Origin: an uncultured Candidatus Saccharibacteria bacterium
GTDB taxonomy: Bacteria; Patescibacteriota; WWE3; UBA101185; UBA10185
Direction of reading: 5' to 3'
Assembly (NCBI GenBank): GCA_964540135.1
Contig: CAZILK010000004.1
Span: 1 to 60,952 of the forward strand
DNA length: 60,952 bases
Made by a program: the position numbers and the translations under genes
Shown: piece by piece, positions 21,905 through 31,785 of the stretch
Numbering within the stretch: the first letter of the stretch is position 1
Layout of the letters: each line of letters starts with the position of its first letter
Notes under the pieces: generated by a model
Seen by the model: the letters and a program-made list of their open reading frames with translations, nothing else
Database searches by the model: none
What the model was told of the DNA's origin: nothing

Positions 21905-22536
21905 TGGGTAATAAGGTTAATCCTGTTGGATTTAGAATCGGAATATCAAAAGACTGGGAATCAAAATGGTATGCAGATAAGAATACCTACGGAACTTATG
22001 CTCTTCAGGATTATAAGATCAGAGAGGTGCTTGAGAAGAGATTTGAACTTGCTGGCCTTCGAAACATTGAGATCCAAAGATCGCTAAACGATATTAGGGT
22101 AACAGTTTACGTTTCAAAGCCAGGTGTTGTTATTGGAAAAGGTGGTTCTATTGTAACTAGCGCTAAAGATGAGCTAGAAAAGATCACAGGATCAAAAGTC
22201 TCAATTTCAGCAGACGCTTTAAAAGTACCTGAAACCGAGGCAAGACTTGTTGGAGACTTCGTAGCCCGTCAACTTAAGCGCAGGAAGCCTTACAGAAGCG
22301 TTGTAAACTCTGCAATAACAGCAGCTCTTGATAAAGGTGCTAAAGGAATCAAAATCAAAGTAGCAGGCGTTCTCGGCGGTCCTATGTCAATTGGTAGATC
22401 AGAATTTTTTACAAAAGGTAGTGTTCCTAATCAGACACTTAGAGCGGATATTGACTATGCTCAAATACATTGTCAGATGATATACGGAACAATTGGTATC
22501 AAGGTTTGGATATATAAAGGCGAGATTAAGCTTTAA
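21904..22536 (+). CDS. rpsC: 30S ribosomal protein S3
   Basis: [15 protein letters not shown] domain, [13 protein letters not shown]. Confidence 0.98.
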
Positions 22537-22553
22537 ATCAAAGGAAAAATACT

Positions 22554-22964
22554 ATGTTAATGCCAAAAAAAGTAAAATTTAGAAATATGCACAGAGGCAA
22601 CAATAGAGGACTTGCAGTTCGTGGGTCAACTATTTCTTTTGGTTCTTTTGGGCTAAAAGCTGTTGACCGTGGGCTTATTACAACTCGTCAAATAGAGGCT
22701 GCTAGAAAGACAATTTCGCATGCTACAAAAAGAGGCGGAAAGCTTTGGATAAGGATATTCCCTGATAAGCCAATTGCTAAAAAGCCTAACGAAACAAGAA
22801 TGGGTAGTGGTAAATCACCTCTAGACCATTATGCAGCAGTGATAAAACCTGGTAAGATGCTGTTTGAACTTGAAGGTGTTACAGAAAAGCTTGCAAGAGA
22901 AGCTTTTAGAACGGCAGCTCACAAGCTTCCGCTTAAGACTAGATTTATAAAATCAGAGGAGTAA
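22554..22964 (+). CDS. rplP: 50S ribosomal protein L16
   Basis: [19 protein letters not shown]. Confidence 0.98.
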   Translation: MLMPKKVKFRNMHRGNNRGLAVRGSTISFGSFGLKAVDRGLITTRQIEAARKTISHATKRGGKLWIRIFPDKPIAKKPNETRMGSGKSPLDHYAAVIKPGKMLFELEGVTEKLAREAFRTAAHKLPLKTRFIKSEE

Positions 22965-22965
22965 T

Positions 22966-23133
22966 ATGGCAAAACAAAAAGAACTAAAACTAACAGATCA
23001 TAAAACTAAACTAAACGAGCATTTCGAGGCTGTTAAAGATATTTATAAAAAGAAGCAAAAAGATGTGCATTTAGCACGCAAGATTAGAAAAGATATAGCG
23101 AGACAAAAAACTTTAGAAAGTAAAACTAAATGA
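22966..23133 (+). CDS. rpmC: 50S ribosomal protein L29 (55 aa; not in the ORF track)
   Basis: Hand translation MAKQKELKLTDH...LARKIRKDIARQKTLESKTK*; lies between rplP and rpsQ. Confidence 0.85.
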   Translation: MAKQKELKLTDHKTKLNEHFEAVKDIYKKKQKDVHLARKIRKDIARQKTLESKTK

Positions 23134-23366
23134 AAAAAATATTAAAAGGAACAGTAATGTCTGACAAAATGCAAAAGAATATTGTTGTAAAAGTAGATAC
23201 CAAGAAGAGGCATCCTATGTACAGCAAGAATGTTTTAACTAGCAAGAATTTTAAAGCTAGAAACACCTTAAATGCTGTTGTTGGACAAGTAGTATTAATT
23301 AAAGAGGCCAAACCTTTCGCAAAAAATGTGAAATGGGAGACTCTTGAGATCGTGAGCGTAAAATAA
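23130..23366 (+). CDS. rpsQ: 30S ribosomal protein S17
   Basis: GTVMSDKMQK, HPMYSK. Confidence 0.95.
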   Translation: MKKILKGTVMSDKMQKNIVVKVDTKKRHPMYSKNVLTSKNFKARNTLNAVVGQVVLIKEAKPFAKNVKWETLEIVSVK

Positions 23367-23367
23367 T

Positions 23368-23736
23368 ATGGTACAAGTTGGATCAACGCTCGTTGTAGCG
23401 GACAATTCAGGAGCTAAGGCACTTCAGATTATCGGTATACCCGGTGGATCTAGGGTCAGGTTTGCAAGCCTTGGCGATATCGTAACAGTTGCTGTTCAAG
23501 GAGCTTCATCTACTGGTACCGTAAAAGACCACTCTTTAATGAAAGCAGTCATTGTGAGAACGAAAAAAGAAGTAAGACGCAAAGATGGCAGTTATGTTAG
23601 ATTTGACGATAATGCAGCAGTTGTTATTGATAAAGCAAAAGCAATGATCGGAACACGTGTTTTTGGTCCGGTCGCAAGAGAGATTAGAGACAGAGGTTTT
23701 GTTAAGGTGGTATCTCTTGCAAAGGAAGTTTGGTAA
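23368..23736 (+). CDS. rplN: 50S ribosomal protein L14
   Basis: VADNSGA, FDDNAAV, GTRVFGPVARE. Confidence 0.98.
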   Translation: MVQVGSTLVVADNSGAKALQIIGIPGGSRVRFASLGDIVTVAVQGASSTGTVKDHSLMKAVIVRTKKEVRRKDGSYVRFDDNAAVVIDKAKAMIGTRVFGPVAREIRDRGFVKVVSLAKEVW

Positions 23737-23742
23737 TAGACA

Positions 23743-24054
23743 ATGAAAATAAAAAAAGGCGATAAAATACAAATAATATCAGGTAAAGAAAAAGGCAAGA
23801 CTGGCGAGGTTAAACTTGTTGTTGAAAAGACCGGCAAGATTATTGTTGAAAACATCAATAAAGTTAAAAGACATGTTAAACCAGGTGCTATGTCAAAAGA
23901 AGGCGGTATTATTACTTTTGAAAAACCAGTGCCTGCATCTATTGCTATGGTGTACTGTGAGAAATGTTCCAGACCTGTTCGTGTTGCCTATTCGATTGTT
24001 AAAGATAAGAAGTATAGAGTTTGCACAAGATGCAAGGAAGTTTTGGATAACTAA
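23743..24054 (+). CDS. rplX: 50S ribosomal protein L24
   Basis: KGDKIQIISGKEKGKTG KOW motif. Confidence 0.96.
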   Translation: MKIKKGDKIQIISGKEKGKTGEVKLVVEKTGKIIVENINKVKRHVKPGAMSKEGGIITFEKPVPASIAMVYCEKCSRPVRVAYSIVKDKKYRVCTRCKEVLDN

Positions 24055-24596
24055 TGGCGTTGTCAAAGGCATATAAAAACGATATAGTTCCAAAGCTTAT
24101 CAAAGAACTTGGGCTCAAGAATGCAATGCAAGTTCCAAGACTTCAAAAAGTAAGTGTTAATGTTGGAATTGGAAGCTTTAGAGACAATAAAGATGCAGTT
24201 GAGACTTTTACTGCTGAACTTGCAGACATAACCGGTCAAAAACCAGTTAGGAAACAAGCAAGAATCTCAGAAGCTGGCTTTAAAATTAAAAAGGGAGATG
24301 TCGTTGGATTATCTGTTACCCTTAGGGGAGATAAGATGTGGGCGTTTGTTGAGAAATTTATAAACGTTGTTCTCCCACGAGTAAGAGATTTCAGAGGGGT
24401 TAATCCAAACTCATTTGATAAAAATGGTAACTTTTCGGTAGGTATTACTGAACATACTATTTTTCCTGAGATCAACCCAAACGTTGTAAAAGGTATTAGA
24501 AGCTTGCAGGTTACTTTTGTAACAAGTACAAATGATAAGAAAGAAAGTTTGGCACTCCTAACAATGCTTGGAATGCCTTTTAAGAAAGACGAATAA
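24054..24596 (+). CDS. rplE: 50S ribosomal protein L5
   Basis: ITGQKP, VTLRG, PRVRDFRG, IFPEI. Confidence 0.98.
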   Translation: MALSKAYKNDIVPKLIKELGLKNAMQVPRLQKVSVNVGIGSFRDNKDAVETFTAELADITGQKPVRKQARISEAGFKIKKGDVVGLSVTLRGDKMWAFVEKFINVVLPRVRDFRGVNPNSFDKNGNFSVGITEHTIFPEINPNVVKGIRSLQVTFVTSTNDKKESLALLTMLGMPFKKDE

Positions 24597-24599
24597 ACT

Positions 24600-24785
24600 A
24601 TGGCAAAACAGTCAATGCTGGCAAGGCAGAAAAAAGAACAGAGATTCCCGGTCAGGGCATACAACAGATGTCACATCTGCGGTAGGCCACGTGGTTATAT
24701 GAGAAAATTTGGAATGTGCAGAATTTGTTTTAGAGAGCTTGCGTTAAAGGGGCAGCTACCTGGAATTAAAAAATCCAGCTGGTAA
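24600..24785 (+). CDS. rpsN: 30S ribosomal protein S14, zinc-binding type
   Basis: RCHICGRPR...MCRICFRE. Confidence 0.97.
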   Translation: MAKQSMLARQKKEQRFPVRAYNRCHICGRPRGYMRKFGMCRICFRELALKGQLPGIKKSSW

Positions 24786-24789
24786 TTAT

Positions 24790-25182
24790 ATGGATCCAAT
24801 AGCAAACATGCTAAGTACAATTAAAAATGCTTCGATGGTAGGCAAACCAAGTATTGTTGTAACCTACAGTAAAGAGAAAGAAAGTATCGCAGAAGTTTTA
24901 AAAAACGGTGGCTTTTTATCTGAGGTAAAAGTATTTAAAGACAAAGAAGCGCCATCTAAGAGTCTGAGACTTGATATTGCTTATGTAGATGGCGTATCAA
25001 AAATAAAAGAAATTAAGAGAGCATCAAAACCAGGAAGAAGAATTTACAAAGGGTATGCCGATATTAGACCAGTTGTTGCTAACCTTGGATTTATGGTTAT
25101 CTCAACATCAAGAGGCGTTATGAACAGTATCGAAGCTAAAAAGAAAAAACTTGGAGGAGAAGTTATCTGCACGATTTATTAA
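24790..25182 (+). CDS. rpsH: 30S ribosomal protein S8
   Basis: DPIANML, SKPGRRIY, STSRG, GGEV. Confidence 0.97.
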   Translation: MDPIANMLSTIKNASMVGKPSIVVTYSKEKESIAEVLKNGGFLSEVKVFKDKEAPSKSLRLDIAYVDGVSKIKEIKRASKPGRRIYKGYADIRPVVANLGFMVISTSRGVMNSIEAKKKKLGGEVICTIY

Positions 25183-25186
25183 AACT

Positions 25187-25729
25187 ATGTCAAGAATTGG
25201 AAAGCAAGAAATTTTAATACCAACAGGCGTTACCGTTGAACTACTCGGTTCCAAGGTTGTAGTCAAAGGGCCAAAAGGCGAGTTAGAGCAAGAAATTAGA
25301 CCTGAAATTAAAGTTGTAATTGAAGATGGCCGTGTGAAATCGCTTCATGAGATTCACACTAAAGACTCAAACGCATACTGGGGTTTAACAAAAGCATTAA
25401 TTGCAAATATGGTGCTTGGAGTTACACAAGGCTTTGAAAAAAAGCTTGAACTTGTCGGAGTTGGTTATAGAGTTAAAACATCAGACAACGGTGTCACTAT
25501 ATCTATTGGGTACTCACACCCGGTTGAAGTTGAAGCACCAAAGGGTATCAAGCTTGATTCAGAAGATGGAAGATTTATAACAATAGCCGGATTTGATAAA
25601 CATTTAGTTGGACAAGTTGCAGCTAAGATTCGTAAAATAAGAAGTCCTGAGCCATATAAAGGCAAAGGTATTAAATATGTAGAAGAAGTAATTAGAAGGA
25701 AAGCCGGTAAGGCAGGAGCTAAAAAATAA
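25187..25729 (+). CDS. rplF: 50S ribosomal protein L6
   Basis: MSRIGK, PEPYKGKGI; start moved to ATG 25187. Confidence 0.98.
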   Translation: MSRIGKQEILIPTGVTVELLGSKVVVKGPKGELEQEIRPEIKVVIEDGRVKSLHEIHTKDSNAYWGLTKALIANMVLGVTQGFEKKLELVGVGYRVKTSDNGVTISIGYSHPVEVEAPKGIKLDSEDGRFITIAGFDKHLVGQVAAKIRKIRSPEPYKGKGIKYVEEVIRRKAGKAGAKK

Positions 25730-26082
25730 TGATAAGTAATGTAAAATCAGCAATAGCAAGACGAACCAAAAGAGTTCGTAAGAATATTACAGGTACAATT
25801 TTTAGACCAAGACTAACTGTTTTTAGGTCAAACAGATTTATGTACGCTCAACTAATTGATGATAAATCAGGGAAGACACTTGTGTCTGTTGGGGATATGA
25901 CAAAATCAGTGCATATGGGGAAATCAAAAGTTGTAGCTTCAAAAGAACTTGGAGTTGAGCTTGCTAAAAGAGCACTTGAAAAAAAGATTCAAAATGTAAT
26001 CTTTGACAGGGGTAGCTATAGATATCATGGTAGAGTAAAAAGTTTAGCAGATGGTGCCAGGGAAGGTGGACTTAAATTTTAA
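25729..26082 (+). CDS. rplR: 50S ribosomal protein L18
   Basis: RPRLTVFRS, FDRGSYRYHGRV, AREGGLKF. Confidence 0.97.
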   Translation: MISNVKSAIARRTKRVRKNITGTIFRPRLTVFRSNRFMYAQLIDDKSGKTLVSVGDMTKSVHMGKSKVVASKELGVELAKRALEKKIQNVIFDRGSYRYHGRVKSLADGAREGGLKF

Positions 26083-26558
26083 TGCAAGACTACGCTGGAG
26101 TTGTTAAAAGTGAATTTGAAGAAAGAGTCCTTGAAATAAAGCGAGTTTCGAAAAAGACTAAAGGTGGTAACAAGATTGGTTTTACAGCACTTGTTGTTGT
26201 TGGTAATCGAAACGGTAAAGTTGGTGGCGGACTTGGTAAAGCAACAGATGTTAAATCAGCTATCAGAAAAGGTATAGCAGTTGCAAAATCAAATCTTATT
26301 GACGTTAATATCAAAGGTCAGAGTATTCCGCACGAAGTTACCAATAAGTTTGGTAGCACTGAGATCTTTATGAAACCAGCACCAGTTGGATCAGGTATTA
26401 TTGCAGGGGGAGTTATAAGACACGTACTTGAACTTGCTGGAATTAAGGATATCTCAGCCAAAATGCTTGGAACTAGTAATAAAACTGCGAATGTTTCTTG
26501 CGCAATGCTTGCACTAAAACAATTAGTTAAGGTTAATGTTGCGGTAAAGGAAGCTTAA
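26082..26558 (+). CDS. rpsE: 30S ribosomal protein S5
   Basis: KGG..FTALVVVG, GSGIIAGG. Confidence 0.97.
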   Translation: MQDYAGVVKSEFEERVLEIKRVSKKTKGGNKIGFTALVVVGNRNGKVGGGLGKATDVKSAIRKGIAVAKSNLIDVNIKGQSIPHEVTNKFGSTEIFMKPAPVGSGIIAGGVIRHVLELAGIKDISAKMLGTSNKTANVSCAMLALKQLVKVNVAVKEA

Positions 26559-26559
26559 T

Positions 26560-27003
26560 ATGGAACTAGATAATTTAAAAAAAATTAAAGGCAATAAGCT
26601 CAAAAGAAATAGAGTTGGTCGTGGCATTGGTAGTGGTCACGGCGGTCATACTTCAGGCAAAGGGCACAAAGGGCAAAAAGCAAGAACCGGTAATTCTATC
26701 CCAAGAGGTTTTGAAGGCGGACAGGTTCCACTGTTTAGAAAATTCCCAAAAATTGGTGGATTTAAAAGCAAGGGTGCAAGAAAAAAAACTTCTATCTCGC
26801 TTTTTAGATTAAATCTACTCGAAGAAGGTACAGAGGTTACACCAAAGTCTTTAATTAAAGCAGGACTTATTGGCCCAAAAGAAAAGCAAGTAAAGATAAT
26901 AAACACAGGCACTTTAACTAAAAAACTCACACTTAAAGGTTTTTTATACACTGAGGGTGTTAAAGAAACCATTTTGAAATCAGGCTCAGTTATAGTAGAT
27001 TAA
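26560..27003 (+). CDS. rplO: 50S ribosomal protein L15
   Basis: GRGIGSGHG, GFEGGQVPLFR. Confidence 0.97.
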   Translation: MELDNLKKIKGNKLKRNRVGRGIGSGHGGHTSGKGHKGQKARTGNSIPRGFEGGQVPLFRKFPKIGGFKSKGARKKTSISLFRLNLLEEGTEVTPKSLIKAGLIGPKEKQVKIINTGTLTKKLTLKGFLYTEGVKETILKSGSVIVD

Positions 27004-27007
27004 ACTA

Positions 27008-28267
27008 ATGTTTGTAAAATATTTAAAGATACCAGAAATTAGAAAAAAGATTCTTTTTTCTTTGTTTGTCATCTTAGTTTTTAGGTTCTTAGCTCATATC
27101 CCAGTTCCTGGTGTTGAAACAGAAGCTATTAAAGCTTTTTTTTCGCAAAGTGCAATCTTTGGCATATTTGATATTTTTTCAGGTGGTGGTTTTCAAAACT
27201 TCTCTGTTGTTGCCATGGGTCTATCCCCTTATATAAATGCGTCGATTATAATTCAACTTTTCACAACTCTTATCCCAAGCCTTGAAGAATTGTCAAAAGA
27301 AGGTGAAAACGGTAGAGAGATTTTAAATAATTACACCAGGCTTTTAACGCTTCCTCTTGCGCTTTTTAACTCATACGGGCTTTATGTAATTTTACAAAGC
27401 CAAAAGATAATTGCACCGTTAAGCACATTAAATCTGATGGTTCTAATCCTTACACTTACAGCAGGTACTATGGCTTTAATGTGGATTGGCGAGCTTGTAA
27501 CAGAGTACGGTGTTGGGCAAGGTATCTCGCTTCTTATCTTTGCAGGTATTGTTAGCGCCCTTCCGCAAGGTGTTGTTCAATTTCTTTCAACCGTTCGAAC
27601 ACTTGAGATCTTTACAGTTGCCGGAATTATTTTTGTTGGTGTTGGGGTTTTATATCTTGTTACCATGGTAAACGAAGGGACACGTAATATCCCGATTGAA
27701 TACGGCAGACGTTCTGGAACCGGTATTCCATCAGAAAGTTACCTGCCTATTAAGATCAATCAAACAGGGATGATACCAATTATTTTTGCAGTAGCAGTTG
27801 CTTCTATCCCGTCGTTTTTAGGTCCATTATTAAATACTTCAAGTATTTCTGTGCTTAATCAACTAGGGTCATTTTTATCGGTAAACTTTGTAAACTCTTC
27901 TTGGGTTTACATCATTGTGTATTTCTTCCTTGTATTTGGTTTCACCTATTTCTACACATTCTTTCAATTTGATCCTGTCAAAATTGCAGATGATGTGAAA
28001 AAAAGAGGTGGGTTTGTTTCTGGAGTTAGACCTGGTAAAAATACCGAGTCATATCTTAGGAATATCTTAGTTAAATTAACATTTTTTGGCGCTCTATTCC
28101 TTGGATTAATTGCGGTAATGCCGGATGTTGTTCAAAAACAATTTGGTATTAGTAGTAGCTACATTCTAGGAGGAGCATCGCTTCTAATCGTTGTGTCAGT
28201 TGTACTTGAAACATTAAGGCAAATCAAAGCCCTTGCTGTTTCCCGTAACTACGACAAATATCTTTAA
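27008..28267 (+). CDS. secY: preprotein translocase subunit SecY
   Basis: MGLSPYINASII, GVGQGISLLIF, PIIFA, GVRPG. Confidence 0.98.
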   Translation: MFVKYLKIPEIRKKILFSLFVILVFRFLAHIPVPGVETEAIKAFFSQSAIFGIFDIFSGGGFQNFSVVAMGLSPYINASIIIQLFTTLIPSLEELSKEGENGREILNNYTRLLTLPLALFNSYGLYVILQSQKIIAPLSTLNLMVLILTLTAGTMALMWIGELVTEYGVGQGISLLIFAGIVSALPQGVVQFLSTVRTLEIFTVAGIIFVGVGVLYLVTMVNEGTRNIPIEYGRRSGTGIPSESYLPIKINQTGMIPIIFAVAVASIPSFLGPLLNTSSISVLNQLGSFLSVNFVNSSWVYIIVYFFLVFGFTYFYTFFQFDPVKIADDVKKRGGFVSGVRPGKNTESYLRNILVKLTFFGALFLGLIAVMPDVVQKQFGISSSYILGGASLLIVVSVVLETLRQIKALAVSRNYDKYL

Positions 28268-28268
28268 T

Positions 28269-28544
28269 ATGCTTGATAAAATAAAAGCCGCAAATCAATT
28301 ACGTAAAATGCAAAGCGATTTACTTAAGTTAACTCGCGAGATCTTTCATACTGAAGAAAAGAATAAATACAAGGTAGTTGTTCGGGGAGATAAGATGCTT
28401 GAGCGAATCGAAATTGATGGAGAAGAAGATAGGCTATTAAAAGAACTCATAAATGATGCATTAAAAGAGGTTGAGAAAAAAGTTGAGAAAAAAGCCAGAG
28501 GGCAGGCAGGAGATTTAATGAATATGATGGGAATGGCCAAATGA
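28269..28544 (+). CDS. YbaB/EbfC-family nucleoid-associated protein
   Basis: Helical N-terminus, KVVVRGDKMLERIEID, LINDALKEV pattern; start at ATG 28269. Confidence 0.7.
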   Translation: MLDKIKAANQLRKMQSDLLKLTREIFHTEEKNKYKVVVRGDKMLERIEIDGEEDRLLKELINDALKEVEKKVEKKARGQAGDLMNMMGMAK

Positions 28545-29170
28545 AGATCATTTTATATGGAGCACAAGGAAGCGGTAAGGGTACAACCGGTAAAATTCTA
28601 TCTCAGAAACTTGGCATTCCTTTAATTAGCACGGGCGATTTATTAAGAAGTTTAAAGCCTGGGGACGATCACTACGAAGTTTTTCAAAAAATGATGAAAG
28701 AAGGAGGATTTGAAAACCAAGATCTTATTGCACAAATGCTTAAAAAAAGACTAAGTGAGCCTGATTGTTCACAGGGCTTTATTCTTGATGGGTGGGGACG
28801 AAAACTTGTAGATATAGAGCTTTATAACCCAGAAGTTGATTTTGCCATTAACCTTGTTGTTTCAAGAGAGATGTCTGTAAAGCGAATTATTGGCAGAAGA
28901 ATTTGTCCTAAAGACAACTTTATGTGTAACATTTTTTTTAGAAAGCCAAAAATTGATGGTAAATGTGATATTTGTGGGGGAGATCTTGTAAAAAGAGAGG
29001 ATGATACTGAGGATGCGGTAAATGCCCGTCTTAATACATTTTATTCAGAAACTATCCTTGTTATTAATAAGTACAAAGAAGAAGGGAAATTGATTGAAGT
29101 TCCGGCTGAAGGTATTGCTGAGGATACAGCACAAGCTATTCTATCGTTATTACCACATGATCTTTCTTAA
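28541..29170 (+). CDS. adk: adenylate kinase
   Basis: GAQGSGKGT P-loop, STGDLLR, Cys-containing LID, REDD. Confidence 0.95.
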   Translation: MKIILYGAQGSGKGTTGKILSQKLGIPLISTGDLLRSLKPGDDHYEVFQKMMKEGGFENQDLIAQMLKKRLSEPDCSQGFILDGWGRKLVDIELYNPEVDFAINLVVSREMSVKRIIGRRICPKDNFMCNIFFRKPKIDGKCDICGGDLVKREDDTEDAVNARLNTFYSETILVINKYKEEGKLIEVPAEGIAEDTAQAILSLLPHDLS

Positions 29171-29912
29171 AACCCCAGACGAAATCAATATTATGAAGGA
29201 GGGTGGGAAAATAACCTCCGCCGCACTTAAGGCTGCTCTTTTGGCTGTAAAGCCTGGTATTAAGACCATTGAGCTGGATAGGGTGGCTTTTGAGACAATT
29301 AAAAGCCTTGGAGCCGAGCCTTCATTTAAAAAAGTAGATAACTATAAATTTACAACATGCATTAATGTCAATGAGGGGCTCGTACACGGCATTCCAGGTA
29401 GTTATGAGGTAAAAGTAGGGGATTTGCTAAAAGTGGACGTTGGAGCGTATTTTAAGGGCTTTCACACCGATTTATCTTATACAGTTGAGGTTGGATCAAC
29501 CAAAGAAGCCCCTTTTCTTGATGCCGGTAAAGAAGCTATAAATAAAGCAGTGCAAGCCTGCGTTATCGGGAACCGGATTGGAGCTATCTCAAACGCTATC
29601 CAGACTGTTATTGAAGGGCACGGCTACTCAGTTTCAAGAGAGCTTGTTGGGCATGGGGTTGGGCGTGATTTACACGAGAGTCCATATGTTCCAGGGTACG
29701 GAAAGCCTCACGAAGGGCCTGAAATCAAGGAAGGCATGGTGTTTGCCATTGAAGCAATCTATCAAAAAGGTAGGCCGGACATCAAGGTTTTAGCTGATGG
29801 GTGGACAATTGTGACAAAAGATGGGAGTATGGCTTCACTATTTGAGAAGACCGTGACAGCAACTAGAGACGGTCCTTTGATTTTGGCTGATTACCCAAAA
29901 TATACTAGTTGA
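29157..29912 (+). CDS. map: methionine aminopeptidase type I
   Basis: VHGIP, DVG, HTD, GHGVG..LHE, AIE; start at ATG 29157. Confidence 0.97.
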   Translation: MIFLKTPDEINIMKEGGKITSAALKAALLAVKPGIKTIELDRVAFETIKSLGAEPSFKKVDNYKFTTCINVNEGLVHGIPGSYEVKVGDLLKVDVGAYFKGFHTDLSYTVEVGSTKEAPFLDAGKEAINKAVQACVIGNRIGAISNAIQTVIEGHGYSVSRELVGHGVGRDLHESPYVPGYGKPHEGPEIKEGMVFAIEAIYQKGRPDIKVLADGWTIVTKDGSMASLFEKTVTATRDGPLILADYPKYTS

Positions 29913-29937
29913 CGCAAGCACACTTTGTATTTAAAAT
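29909..29937 (+). promoter_or_regulatory. sigma70-type promoter for the infA/alpha cluster
   Basis: TTGACG-N17-TAAAAT. Confidence 0.65.
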
Positions 29938-29996
29938 ACGAAAGCTTTGTCATTGCGCTATTTGTGTGGTTTTGCTAGAATCAGCTTCGTAATTTG

Positions 29997-30224
29997 ATGG
30001 ATACTATAGATACAAAAGAAGTAATAATAAAAGAAGGAAAAGTGAAAGAAGCGCTAATGGGTGGTATGTTTAAGATTGAGCTTGAGGGAGAGGATGACGT
30101 CTTAGCTTCGCTTTCGGGGAAGATACGAAAAAATAAGATTCGTGTTTTTGCTGGAGATAAAGTTAAGCTTGAATTCTCGCCACATGACTTAAATCTAGGT
30201 AGAATCACCTACAGGTATAGATAA
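29997..30224 (+). CDS. infA: translation initiation factor IF-1
   Basis: [20 protein letters not shown]. Confidence 0.95.
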   Translation: MDTIDTKEVIIKEGKVKEALMGGMFKIELEGEDDVLASLSGKIRKNKIRVFAGDKVKLEFSPHDLNLGRITYRYR

Positions 30225-30228
30225 AAAA

Positions 30229-30342
30229 ATGAAAGTACGATCATCAGTTAAGACAATTTGCAGAGACTGCAAAATTATAAGAAGAGAAGGCGTTGTTAGG
30301 GTAATTTGTAAAAACCCAAAACATAAACAAAGGCAAGGTTAA
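30229..30342 (+). CDS. rpmJ: 50S ribosomal protein L36 (not in the ORF track)
   Basis: Hand translation [37 protein letters not shown]. Confidence 0.97.
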   Translation: MKVRSSVKTICRDCKIIRREGVVRVICKNPKHKQRQG

Positions 30343-30344
30343 TT

Positions 30345-30731
30345 ATGGCAAGAATCGCAGGTATTGATATTCCAATAAACAAAAGAGTAGTTATAGCCTT
30401 AACTTACATCTTTGGAATAGGACCTGTAGTCGCAAAAAAGATTTTGGCAACATGCGGCGTTGATGAAAGCACCCGAGTTAAGAACTTAACAGAAGCGGAG
30501 GTTGCAGCAATCAACAAGCAGATTAGAGATTTTGAAATACCGGTTGAGGGAGAGCTTAAGCGAGTTGTTAACCAGAATATAAAAAGATATATGGAAATTA
30601 AGTCTTATAGAGGTTCAAGGCACCAATTAGGACTTCCCGTTCGTGGCCAAAGAACAAAATCTAATGCTAGAACAAGAAAAGGTAAAAAGAAGACTGTTGG
30701 CGGCATTAAGAAGAAAGCTGCTAAGAAATAA
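30345..30731 (+). CDS. rpsM: 30S ribosomal protein S13
   Basis: [26 protein letters not shown]. Confidence 0.98.
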   Translation: MARIAGIDIPINKRVVIALTYIFGIGPVVAKKILATCGVDESTRVKNLTEAEVAAINKQIRDFEIPVEGELKRVVNQNIKRYMEIKSYRGSRHQLGLPVRGQRTKSNARTRKGKKKTVGGIKKKAAKK

Positions 30732-30734
30732 CAT

Positions 30735-31121
30735 ATGACAAAAACAAGTAAGACTAAAAAAATAAAACAAGCTATACCTGCAAGCGGTAAGGCATACATT
30801 ACTGCCGGTTTTAATAATACGATTATAAGCATTACCGATGGAACTGGTAATGTTCTTTTTTCAGGAAGTGCCGGAAGAGCCGGTTTTAAAGGATCACGAA
30901 AATCAACCCCATATGCAGCTACAAAAGCTGCTGAAACTGTAGGCCAAAAAGCAGTAGAAAAAGGCTTACAAGAAGTTTCAGTATTTGTAAGTGGACCTGG
31001 TCTTGGAAGAATTTCTTCCATTAAGGCTTTAAAGTCTTCAGGTCTTAGAGTTGTAGCAATCACCGATATTACAAAGATTCCACACAATGGTTGTAGACCA
31101 AAAAACAGGAGGAGAGTTTAA
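30735..31121 (+). CDS. rpsK: 30S ribosomal protein S11
   Basis: FNNTI, GFKGSRKSTPYAA, PHNGCRP. Confidence 0.98.
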   Translation: MTKTSKTKKIKQAIPASGKAYITAGFNNTIISITDGTGNVLFSGSAGRAGFKGSRKSTPYAATKAAETVGQKAVEKGLQEVSVFVSGPGLGRISSIKALKSSGLRVVAITDITKIPHNGCRPKNRRRV

Positions 31122-31122
31122 C

Positions 31123-31722
31123 ATGGCAAGTCATGGTCCAAAATGCAGACTTTGTAGACGAGAAGGAACTAAGCTTTATCTTAAAGGTACAAGATGCGAG
31201 ACCGAAAAGTGCGCTGTTGTTAAAAGGCCTCAAGCTCCAGGTCAACACGGAACTAAATTCGGTAAAGTATCGTCTTACGGGACACAACTTAGAGAAAAGC
31301 AAAAAGCAAAGAGAACCTATGGAGTTTTAGAAACGCAATTTAAAAATTATATAGATACAGCTTTCAAAAAACGCGGTATAACTGGCGAAATCCTACTCCA
31401 GGCTTTAGAATCAAGATTTGATAACATGGTTTACAGAAGCGGTTTTGCAACATCAAGAGCTCAAGCAAGGCAGTATATTAGAAGTGGCTTTTTTACCATA
31501 AACGGTAAAAACAATAATATACCGTCAACAAAGATTAAACTTGGTGATGAGATTAGGCCGGTTGATATTTCAAGAATTCAACTACGCCAAGGATTTACAC
31601 TTCCTGAGTGGCTTTCTGCAAATGTAGCTCAGAAATTTGTAAAATTTGAGCGTATGCCTGTTCTTGAAGACCTCGAAGGCAGTATAAACGTACAGCTAAT
31701 TGTCGAATACTATTCAAGGTAG
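31123..31722 (+). CDS. rpsD: 30S ribosomal protein S4 (Cys-containing type)
   Basis: CRLCRREG, YGTQLREKQK, LIVEYYSR; start at ATG 31123. Confidence 0.97.
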   Translation: MASHGPKCRLCRREGTKLYLKGTRCETEKCAVVKRPQAPGQHGTKFGKVSSYGTQLREKQKAKRTYGVLETQFKNYIDTAFKKRGITGEILLQALESRFDNMVYRSGFATSRAQARQYIRSGFFTINGKNNNIPSTKIKLGDEIRPVDISRIQLRQGFTLPEWLSANVAQKFVKFERMPVLEDLEGSINVQLIVEYYSR

Positions 31723-31785
31723 TATCTGTTTTTAATACTTGGGCGGTTGTCATTTAATTGATAACTAACCGAAAAAAGGAAAAAA

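Noticed and set aside
23950-24045. CxxC...CxxC zinc ribbon at the L24 C-terminus
   Set aside because: A common uL24 variant in many bacteria; not novel
31723-31785. Hairpin GTTGTCA/TGATAAC upstream of rpoA
   Set aside because: Weak 7-bp stem with a G-U pair and no U tract; insufficient support for a regulatory call
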